The notes below the pieces were generated by a model that saw nothing but the letters and a program-made list of their open reading frames with translations, was not told where the DNA came from and made no database searches. 31,716 nucleotides of DNA. Source: a virus. Taxonomy: Duplodnaviria; Caudoviricetes. Below, piece by piece: positions 1 through 6,439 of this stretch; within the stretch, counting starts at the first letter, position 1, and every line of letters begins with the position of its first letter. The position numbers were made by a program, and so were the translations under genes. The stretch spans positions 1 to 31,716 of IMG/VR virus record IMGVR_UViG_3300020044_003991, one strand, 5' to 3'.

Positions 1-78
1 AACTGTAAAAGTGATTGTGATTAGTTTGTTTTGATCAATTGTGATTTTCATGGTTTTATGGGTTTTTAGTTAAACTTT

Positions 79-294
79 TCAATTATTATCTTCGTAAATA
101 GGCAATGCGCCTGTTAATTTTCGTATTACTGTTTTCGTCCTGCCAACCTCATTACATTCGATCACGGAAAAAGGCAAAGTTCCGGCATTATTGGAATCAC
201 GGTTTTTACGTTTCCGCACCGCCTGATTGTACCACTTGCAGAACTGAACGAATGGCAACGTCTGAGCCTTGCGGTAAATAGTGTGATTTGTCAT
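79..294 (-). CDS. small phage hypothetical protein
   Basis: 71 aa ORF in a chain of ATGA-overlapping minus-strand ORFs; no recognisable motif. Confidence 0.6.
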   Translation of the reverse strand: MTNHTIYRKAQTLPFVQFCKWYNQAVRKRKNRDSNNAGTLPFSVIECNEVGRTKTVIRKLTGALPIYEDNN

Positions 295-518
295 AACCCA
301 AGTATTATATCTTCAATTTGCCTTAGTTCACCAATCGTCATTGTATCGGTTACATCTTCGCCATCAAGATTCACGGCTGTGATTTCTATCTCGTCACCTG
401 AGCCGGGATAATCTCTCGTTTCAGGTTCGCCAAATGTGATCACACATTCAACATCGTAGTCTACGCATTCGAACGTAACTGTTCGCGTTTCGCTGATTGA
501 TTTAGGAGTTGATTTCAT
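291..518 (-). CDS. small acidic phage hypothetical protein
   Basis: 75 aa, 4-nt overlaps with both neighbours; acidic (EPETRDYPGSGDEIEIT). Confidence 0.7.
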   Translation of the reverse strand: MKSTPKSISETRTVTFECVDYDVECVITFGEPETRDYPGSGDEIEITAVNLDGEDVTDTMTIGELRQIEDIILGL

Positions 519-718
519 AAGTACTTAGCTAGTTCGTTATCAATATCCTGTTGGCTTACGTGGCTATTCGCTACCTCCAACTTGAACTCATTAAACTGAA
601 ATTGCAATAGTTCTAATGTTATCGCTTCAATCCACAATTCAGGATGTTCGCTGAATTTATCAATGTTTTTCTGGACAAATTTTGCTGCTTGTTGTCGCGC
701 TCTGTCGGTGTTTGTCAT
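515..718 (-). CDS. small phage hypothetical protein
   Basis: 67 aa, translationally coupled on both sides. Confidence 0.65.
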   Translation of the reverse strand: MTNTDRARQQAAKFVQKNIDKFSEHPELWIEAITLELLQFQFNEFKLEVANSHVSQQDIDNELAKYL

Positions 719-969
719 GGTTTCAAGTATTTAATTAGTTGATTTTTTACGAGTTGCCTGATGTCTATTGCTTTTGAAATCGGCACTCTGAAAGTAATTA
801 TTCGAGTCGGTTCGTTGTATTTTGGTTTAGCACCCGCCCCTTTGCGAGTGCCTCCTCTGGTTGGTTTGTTAGTCGCAGTATTCAAACTCTCTAACTTCTT
901 CTGGTAATTTTTCATAAATTGTATATCCGTATTTGTTTGCGTAGTTTTTAGCTTTTCTAACTGTGTCAA
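715..969 (-). CDS. small DNA-binding protein (RGG-R-GAG-KP basic motif plus ribbon-helix-helix-like segment); true start probably downstream of 969
   Basis: RGGTRKGAGAKPKY followed by the beta-strand-like TRIITFRVP and an amphipathic helix; the 5' part overlaps the upstream ORF. Confidence 0.55.
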   Translation of the reverse strand: MTQLEKLKTTQTNTDIQFMKNYQKKLESLNTATNKPTRGGTRKGAGAKPKYNEPTRIITFRVPISKAIDIRQLVKNQLIKYLKP

Positions 970-1051
970 ATCCTTTTACCGAATAAATTTCTTTTGAATT
1001 GAAGAAGTTTAAAAAGCTCATGTTTCCAAGTGTTGAGATAGTTACTTTCAT
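869..1051 (-). CDS. hypothetical protein (60 aa, start corrected to ATG at 1051)
   Basis: MKVTISTLGN... preceded by an A-rich leader and a TAATTTTG promoter that lies inside the longer ORF-track call. Confidence 0.6.
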   Translation of the reverse strand: MKVTISTLGNMSFLNFFNSKEIYSVKGFDTVRKAKNYANKYGYTIYEKLPEEVREFEYCD

Positions 1052-1081
1052 GTTTTCCGTTTTTGTTGTTGTTTGATTTGT

Positions 1082-1111
1082 CAAAATTAGAAACATTAAT
1101 TGATTCCGCAA
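1082..1111 (-). promoter_or_regulatory. Bacteroidota-type housekeeping promoter
   Basis: TTG-N19-TAATTTTG on the minus strand matches the -33/-7 (TTTG/TAnnTTTG) consensus. Confidence 0.55.
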
Positions 1112-1134
1112 TACATAATCGAACAAAAAAGCAA

Positions 1135-1854
1135 TTATTTTTGTAACGTGCTGATAATTGGATGGTTAAAATTCTGATTCATCCATTCCCTACATTGCTC
1201 AACTCGTGCATTTATCCTTTCAATAACAGATTCATCACGCTGAATTTCGAACTCAAATACACGCTCTTGCACCGGGATGTCATCATACACGCCCAGCATT
1301 TGGATTTCTTGCACCACGTTTAGCCATTCATCAGATGATTCATCAGGACAACCCATCTTATACCAAGTTGATTTGATTTCACTTTGTACTAGGTTCTCAG
1401 GAGTATTCACCAAGCAGTAAGCAACAACAGCAGACTTCGCACCCGTTAAACTCATGTAACCATGCAATTGATAGAAGTAGTCTTTGTTAAGTTCGCCTTT
1501 AGTAGCCTTTAAGAATGTGATTAAATCCCAACTGCATTTAGTATCGGTTACTATCTCGTTTTTCAAGATATCCCATTCACCCGTTATAAAAGCATTTGAC
1601 ATCCTTGCCTTGTTGTTCACAAAATAATCCCGTTTGAACTTTGAATACAGGGTGATTGCCTCCTCTTCCATCGCAATACCTTTCTCTAAGTACTTGGAAG
1701 TTATATCCCGGCTCCTGCCATACTTTACTTTTGCGTACACCTTTATAAGTTCATCAATGCAAGTTGAAGAAAGAACCTCAGACTTACTCCGAGGCTCTGT
1801 CATTAATTTACCTAGTGATGAACACCTGAATAATACTTTGCTAAAGTCCATCAT
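1135..1854 (-). CDS. YqaJ/lambda-exonuclease-like PD-(D/E)XK nuclease
   Basis: RCSSLGKLM, KGIAMEEEA, GEWDI...DTKCSW and YFYQLHGYM motifs; coupled to RecT. Confidence 0.85.
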   Translation of the reverse strand: MMDFSKVLFRCSSLGKLMTEPRSKSEVLSSTCIDELIKVYAKVKYGRSRDITSKYLEKGIAMEEEAITLYSKFKRDYFVNNKARMSNAFITGEWDILKNEIVTDTKCSWDLITFLKATKGELNKDYFYQLHGYMSLTGAKSAVVAYCLVNTPENLVQSEIKSTWYKMGCPDESSDEWLNVVQEIQMLGVYDDIPVQERVFEFEIQRDESVIERINARVEQCREWMNQNFNHPIISTLQK

Positions 1855-2711
1855 TTCGCATCTAAAAGGCTCATGTACTTTTCTTGAAACATTTCTTGCA
1901 GTTCTGCCGGTACATCAGCAGAATACTTGTCCAGTTCTTCGGTTGTGGTTGCGGATTCGATTAAGGCTTTCATGCGATCAATTTTCGGATCAGGTTTTAC
2001 TTCCTCGTGATCAATATATTCAACCTCGTTTCCTAGTTCGTCTTTAATGACCGCCTGATCAACTCTAACAGCCGTTTGCATTTCGATTGATAGAATGCCC
2101 CACTTTGATAAGGTAGACTTTAGAACAGTTTTCTTTGCCATCTCATCGAAGTTAGACTGCCACGGACTTGACGAACCATTGAATGACTTTGAATATTTTT
2201 TGCCATGCTTGGTAACTTTGTCAATAGTCCAAAACGAAGTCTTTTCAAATCCGTTAATCAATCTAAAGTATGCCACATATCCAACCACCTTACCATCGCC
2301 CGGTATTGAGAAGTCCGCTTTGATTTCCTCAGTCAAGGTATTGAATGATTCAAATTGATTTTCGTAGACCTCAATTACGTTGATAGCGGTGTATTGACCT
2401 GACCTCTGTGCTAATTGTAAAATTCCCTTGTACCCAATTTGAAACTGAGCCACCTTACCATAAGGAACAATGTAAGCGAATCCTAAGTTCTGATTGATCG
2501 GCAAATCCAAAGTCGCTGCCATCAATGCTGAATTATAAATGCTAATCGGATCGGCATTTTTTAACATCGAATTGTTAGCTGTGATCTGAACGATCGAAGC
2601 AAGGAACGGTGTTGCTTTCTTGCCGAGCATTTCTTGAAATCTATTCTTTACAGATTCCTGTTCAAAGAATGATTTGATTGTGTTGGTTGGTTTTACGGTT
2701 ACGCTTTCCAT
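1851..2711 (-). CDS. recT: RecT-family single-strand annealing recombinase
   Basis: AATLDLPINQNLGFAYIVPY, AQFQIGYKGILQLAQRSGQY and W..NFDEMAKKTVLK motifs. Confidence 0.93.
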   Translation of the reverse strand: MESVTVKPTNTIKSFFEQESVKNRFQEMLGKKATPFLASIVQITANNSMLKNADPISIYNSALMAATLDLPINQNLGFAYIVPYGKVAQFQIGYKGILQLAQRSGQYTAINVIEVYENQFESFNTLTEEIKADFSIPGDGKVVGYVAYFRLINGFEKTSFWTIDKVTKHGKKYSKSFNGSSSPWQSNFDEMAKKTVLKSTLSKWGILSIEMQTAVRVDQAVIKDELGNEVEYIDHEEVKPDPKIDRMKALIESATTTEELDKYSADVPAELQEMFQEKYMSLLDAK

Positions 2712-2715
2712 TGGA

Positions 2716-2838
2716 TTAGTTATTAAAGGTTAGTAAATCAATTACTGCCCATATAAATGAGCATAACATAGCACCTGCAATTATAGCAGATACACCAGCG
2801 CAGAAGACTTGTAGTTTTGTTGGTTGGATTGGTTTCAT
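2716..2838 (-). CDS. 40 aa single-TM peptide (not in ORF track)
   Basis: Hand translation MKPIQPTKLQVFCAGVSAIIAGAMLCSFIWAVIDLLTFNN*; fills the gap between the leftward promoter and recT. Confidence 0.6.
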   Translation of the reverse strand: MKPIQPTKLQVFCAGVSAIIAGAMLCSFIWAVIDLLTFNN

Positions 2839-2861
2839 AATGAGTTGTTTTTAAGTGTCCG

Positions 2862-2869
2862 CAAAGATA
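2862..2869 (-). promoter_or_regulatory. leftward Bacteroidota -7 promoter element
   Basis: TATCTTTG on the minus strand upstream of the recombination operon. Confidence 0.7.
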
Positions 2870-2888
2870 TGCGAAAAGAAATTTAATA

Positions 2889-2908
2889 TCCTAATTTTTT
2901 TATTAGGA
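2889..2908. promoter_or_regulatory. putative operator between divergent promoters
   Basis: Perfect inverted repeat TCCTAAT-N6-ATTAGGA between two TATCTTTG boxes, next to an HTH gene. Confidence 0.5.
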
Positions 2909-2917
2909 AAATGTGTT

Positions 2918-2925
2918 TATCTTTG
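2918..2925 (+). promoter_or_regulatory. rightward Bacteroidota -7 promoter element
   Basis: TATCTTTG ending 5 nt before the ATG at 2931 (near-leaderless transcript). Confidence 0.7.
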
Positions 2926-2930
2926 TCGGC

Positions 2931-3152
2931 ATGAAATCAAAAGAACCTTTCTCCCTCCAAATCTGGAAGCTGCGAAAACTTAAAGGAGTAACTCAGGCGC
3001 AAATTGCCAAACACATGGGATATGCGAACCCATCTTTTATCTGTCAAATCGAAACCGGGCGTGAGAATGTTTCACCGAAGTTAGCATTTGAACTGCTAAA
3101 GGCAATAAAGGACTGCCACAAGGTGAACCAACTTAAAATAAAAGGGAGATGA
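2931..3152 (+). CDS. XRE/Cro-like helix-turn-helix regulator (start corrected to ATG 2931)
   Basis: LRKLKGVTQAQIAKHMGYANPSFICQIETG is a typical HTH_3 signature. Confidence 0.88.
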   Translation: MKSKEPFSLQIWKLRKLKGVTQAQIAKHMGYANPSFICQIETGRENVSPKLAFELLKAIKDCHKVNQLKIKGR

Positions 3153-3268
3153 AAGACTACCTAGTTATCGGCATTTTAGTCGTTTGGGCAGCAATGATTT
3201 CTTTGTTGACCTCGAAACGATCACGAAGAAGAATTGAGAATGATAGCGATGAGTTTTATGATGGGTAA
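3149..3268 (+). CDS. 39 aa membrane peptide (not in ORF track)
   Basis: ATGA overlap with the HTH gene; MKDYLVIGILVVWAAMISLLTSKRSRRRIENDSDEFYDG*. Confidence 0.55.
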   Translation: MKDYLVIGILVVWAAMISLLTSKRSRRRIENDSDEFYDG

Positions 3269-3323
3269 AAAACGAACCGTTCGGAATTTCCGATTAGTTC
3301 AAATGCTCGGTTGTTACTTGCTT

Positions 3324-3393
3324 ATAACGGTTTGCAGATACACGCTGTGAGCGTTGGATTGAGAGAGGGAAAATAGCGTGTATGTGCTGTTAT
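3324..3393. repeat. attC-like hairpin site 1
   Basis: ATAACGG[TTTG]CAGATACACGCT ... AGCGTGTATGTGCTGTTAT: TAAC/GTTA ends, 4-nt bulge, 12-position inner stem with one mismatch. Confidence 0.75.
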
Positions 3394-3449
3394 GCTCTCG
3401 TTTTGCGTGGGCAGGATTAACGAAATTATTAACTTAAAAAATAGAAACA

Positions 3450-3656
3450 ATGTTTAAAAAAAGAAACTGGACAAAATGGGAACACGTAATGTTTGTAGAA
3501 GATTTCCGAGCAGGAATTAAAACCTTTGAACTATTAAGGCGTGTTGATTTAGATAGCGGAATTACTGAATGGAAAAGGGTTTATGTAAAACAATGCGTTC
3601 ATTCACTTACTCACTTTCTTACAAAGTGGTGGGAGGGAAAGCAAAATGGAGCATAA
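3450..3656 (+). CDS. cassette-borne hypothetical protein
   Basis: 68 aa; stop codon TAA lies in the TAAC core of the next site. Confidence 0.7.
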   Translation: MFKKRNWTKWEHVMFVEDFRAGIKTFELLRRVDLDSGITEWKRVYVKQCVHSLTHFLTKWWEGKQNGA

Positions 3657-3779
3657 CGTTAAACGGCTTGGCGAAGTGGGGGAATTATACCCACAAAAGC
3701 CGATTAGAATTACTAATGTTTAAATAAACACAAATGATGATAGAAAGCAGTCAGCCCCCATTTTGCCAAACCGATGTTA
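3654..3779. repeat. attC-like hairpin site 2
   Basis: TAACGT[TAAA]CGGCTTGGCGAAGTGGGGG ... CCCCCATTTTGCCAAACCGATGTTA: same geometry as site 1, 19-position inner stem. Confidence 0.78.
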
Positions 3780-4444
3780 GCAGCAGCCCTTTTCGGGTTC
3801 TAAATTGCTACGCTGGAATTGGTGGAAATCGTAAATTATGGAATGGTAATATCGAAGTAACAGCAATAGAATATGATGAAAATATTGCAGCAATTTATAA
3901 AGACTTATATCCAAACGATAAAGTAATAGTAACTGATGCACACAAATATTTGATTGATAACTATGAAAACTTTGATTTTATATGGTGTTCGCCCCCTTGC
4001 CAAACACATAGTATTTTAAACTTTTCAACTCGTTCAAGGGGCGATGGTGGTAAAGTTAAATATCCTGATATGAAGCTCTATCAAGAAATAATTGTATTGC
4101 AAACATTTTTTAAAGGCAAATTTTGTGTTGAAAATGTAGCAGGGTATTATGAGCCATTAATAAAACCACAAGTGAGCGGCAGACATTATTTTTGGGCAAA
4201 CTTTAAAATACCATTGCTAAACTTTCAATCAAAAGTAAATAACGATAAAGGAAACAACTTGATTAAGAAAATGGATGATAGAGGTATTTATGTAGATAAT
4301 ATTCATTCTTATACTGGGGATAAAAGGCAGTTATTAAATAATTGTGTCGAACCCGAAATAGGACTTGCAATTTTTGAAAGTGCTTTAAATATCTACAATC
4401 ATTCAAAAGTCGAACAGGTTGGATTATTTAGTGAGCTTCCATAG
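3734..4444 (+). CDS. C5 cytosine DNA methyltransferase (short, orphan)
   Basis: Motif I variant CYAGIGG, catalytic SPPCQ, ENV motif VI; visibly AT-richer than flanks. Confidence 0.88.
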   Translation: MMIESSQPPFCQTDVSSSPFRVLNCYAGIGGNRKLWNGNIEVTAIEYDENIAAIYKDLYPNDKVIVTDAHKYLIDNYENFDFIWCSPPCQTHSILNFSTRSRGDGGKVKYPDMKLYQEIIVLQTFFKGKFCVENVAGYYEPLIKPQVSGRHYFWANFKIPLLNFQSKVNNDKGNNLIKKMDDRGIYVDNIHSYTGDKRQLLNNCVEPEIGLAIFESALNIYNHSKVEQVGLFSELP

Positions 4445-4497
4445 GGTTGCTGCTAACTACCTTATAGCCGCGACAAACCCACCCAATTAACCACCAT

Positions 4498-4908
4498 TCA
4501 TACCGATAGGCGAAAGAGTTTTGCGGAAATACACACGAGCCAAACCGCAACAAACAGCGAAAGTCCGCAATAGGAAGTAAGTCGCCCGGCTGATTCAAGT
4601 TCTAGTTCGGGTGTTCTAGGGTGTTGGTAAATTTCCGTGTGATACTTTGGCGCAGTAACAGGCATCTTCACGTAATTCTGTACTAGCGAATCAAAAGTAG
4701 TGTATGAATTGAACACAGGCTTTGAATCGGGCAGTTTGCTCCACTTGTAGAACACGTTCAATGAATCAACACCATTGTACTCAGAACGCAGCAGAATCAT
4801 TCCGTTTGGGAGTGTAACAGGCAGATTATCCAAATCAATATCGTACTGATAAAACAACTGGGTGAAATTGCCAAACATTAAACGTCCATCTATTGAATCA
4901 CTCCACAT
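4498..4908 (-). CDS. hypothetical protein with C-terminal TM segment (end of lysis module)
   Basis: 136 aa; hydrophobic CGLSLFVAVWLVCISA at C-terminus; overlaps the holin gene. Confidence 0.6.
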   Translation of the reverse strand: MWSDSIDGRLMFGNFTQLFYQYDIDLDNLPVTLPNGMILLRSEYNGVDSLNVFYKWSKLPDSKPVFNSYTTFDSLVQNYVKMPVTAPKYHTEIYQHPRTPELELESAGRLTSYCGLSLFVAVWLVCISAKLFRLSV

Positions 4909-5116
4909 CGGGTTTCTTTTTAAACTGTTGAATCATTAATGCAAGACCCGTTCCAACACCTGACCATGTAATCATTCCTGCTGCTGCTGTTTCGGATTTC
5001 ATCTTTCCCGTAAGAAGTCCGAAAGCAAACCAAGCTAGGATAGGCATAACGATAAGCAGTCCGGCATTGCTCCATGTAAGGTAATCAGTCCACGTCTTTT
5101 TTTTACGGGTTGCCAT
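4898..5116 (-). CDS. putative holin
   Basis: 72 aa, two hydrophobic segments, basic N- and C-termini, directly after the endolysin. Confidence 0.6.
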   Translation of the reverse strand: MATRKKKTWTDYLTWSNAGLLIVMPILAWFAFGLLTGKMKSETAAAGMITWSGVGTGLALMIQQFKKKPDVE

Positions 5117-5545
5117 TTAGAAAGGTATTGAGGCAAGTTGAAAGTGCATCGGATCAGTTCGTCCACTCCAATTACCGCCCCACTCAAACCCTGCATCCGT
5201 AAAGCACCTTACAAACCCTGCTGTTAATTTACCTTTTGTATTCAATCCGTTTTCGAAAGCATTTATATCCACCGCCAAACCCCAACTATGCAGACTCATT
5301 GAGTTTAAACCTCGTTTAGTTCTGATATTAAAGCATCCGTCCCAAGTCTTTATTTCACTAACAAAGCCTCTGCCGATTAGATTTTTAAACGCATTTTCCA
5401 AAGGCTTGACTAAATCTTTATTGCAGTAAATTCGTTTAGGAATAAACCCGATTTCAAGTTCTGTTGGCACATCCCAAAGCACCATGCACTTGTTAGCTGC
5501 ATCGGGTTTGCCGTATCTTTTCAAAGCAATTTGCGAGGTTATCAT
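5117..5545 (-). CDS. endolysin, M15-family Zn peptidase
   Basis: SLHSWGLAVDIN, FEWGGNW and DPMHFQ motifs. Confidence 0.92.
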   Translation of the reverse strand: MITSQIALKRYGKPDAANKCMVLWDVPTELEIGFIPKRIYCNKDLVKPLENAFKNLIGRGFVSEIKTWDGCFNIRTKRGLNSMSLHSWGLAVDINAFENGLNTKGKLTAGFVRCFTDAGFEWGGNWSGRTDPMHFQLASIPF

Positions 5546-5576
5546 GTTTTGCTTTTACGAATCGAAAGCGGATAGG

Positions 5577-6116
5577 TTACTCCTTTACAACCTTAACACT
5601 CCCAACCTCAACTTGTCCGCATTTACTAAACGCCTTAACGAGTTCGTGCCGTTTGCCGTAACGGATAAATAAGAACTTCTTTGACCTTTTACCCAAGTGA
5701 TTGACGATTTGGATGGTGTCGTTGAATTGGATGGATAGCGTGGTGTCCTGAATAGTTACCTTAAAACACGAATCAAGATAAGCCAACTGCCTGACCTTTG
5801 TTATTGTGTCATATCGCACGACCTCCATTGGGACGTTTTGCCGAACTATCTTTGTTTTGATAGTAGTAAGCCCTTGCACTCGCTTCATTCGTTCACCATG
5901 CACCCGATTAAGCGAATCAATCTTGAACCCTAACCTATCTTCAAACTGTTCACGGGTTAAGTTCACAACTCTACCCTCACTTGGATTCAGTAAAGCGTAT
6001 TCGTTTGATTCGTGACGGTCTGATTCTTGCTTCCAATCGTAGCCTAACTTACCCATGAACAATAGCAAAAGAATTGCAACGATTAGCGCACCGAGTAAAT
6101 AGGTATTGATTTTCAT
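5577..6116 (-). CDS. N-terminally anchored lysis-module protein (spanin-like); start corrected to ATG 6116
   Basis: MKINTYLLGALIVAILLLLFMG TM anchor; ATGA overlap with the upstream gene; KKFLFIRYG near C-terminus; adjacent to endolysin. Confidence 0.6.
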   Translation of the reverse strand: MKINTYLLGALIVAILLLLFMGKLGYDWKQESDRHESNEYALLNPSEGRVVNLTREQFEDRLGFKIDSLNRVHGERMKRVQGLTTIKTKIVRQNVPMEVVRYDTITKVRQLAYLDSCFKVTIQDTTLSIQFNDTIQIVNHLGKRSKKFLFIRYGKRHELVKAFSKCGQVEVGSVKVVKE

Positions 6117-6439
6117 AACACCAACACCTTCCCACTCTTTACCGACCGCTTCCCTCTGAAATCGTACCACACCAAATCGTAAGAATACCAACCTTGCATT
6201 TCTTGACCTCGTTTCCATCCGTTGCGATGAGGTTGCAAAACATCAACTACATATCCGTTTGGATTGGTCAGAGTAAACATGAAGTCTTTAGCGTAGACTG
6301 ACCAGACTTTCAACGTGTGATCAGGGTAAATGGTGTCTTGAATAAACACGGAATCCTTCACCGCCCTTACGCGATACTTAACGGGCTTAACCTGCCCGAA
6401 TAACGAAACCGAAAGCAGCAGAAACAAAATCGTTTTCAT
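6113..6439 (-). CDS. secreted protein: signal peptide plus T9SS type-B CTD (CHU_C)-like domain
   Basis: MKTILFLLLSVSLFG|Q; FTLTNPNGYVV...GW...GWYSYDLVWYDFRGKRSVKSGKVLVL resembles the gliding-motility-associated CTD pattern. Confidence 0.55.
   Translation of the reverse strand: MKTILFLLLSVSLFGQVKPVKYRVRAVKDSVFIQDTIYPDHTLKVWSVYAKDFMFTLTNPNGYVVDVLQPHRNGWKRGQEMQGWYSYDLVWYDFRGKRSVKSGKVLVL

Larger units (their letters stand above)
3324..4457. mobile_element. integron-like array of two gene cassettes, no integrase in window
   Basis: Each gene segment has its own complementary ends (GTTATGCTC/GAGCATAAC; GTTAGCAGCAGCCCT/AGGGTTGCTGCTAAC) and is preceded by a hairpin of the same geometry. Confidence 0.65.

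Noticed and set aside
3258-3350. 30-codon ORF crossing the first hairpin
   Set aside because: Too short and featureless to support; rejoining the empty site does not restore a longer gene.
3324-3790. Hairpins as simple terminators or a CRISPR mini-array
   Set aside because: No U-tracts directly after the stems, no identical direct repeats, and the gene-specific complementary ends are not explained by either.
3324-4457. Calling this a canonical integron
   Set aside because: No intI in the window, cores deviate from strict RYYYAAC/GTTRRRY, a 4-nt bulge replaces the usual single extrahelical bases, and the ORFs are in reversed polarity; reported as integron-like only.
6117-6218. ORF-track N-terminal extension of the 213 aa lysis protein
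   Set aside because: Overlaps the CTD-like gene; ATG 6116 gives a clean ATGA coupling and an N-terminal TM anchor.
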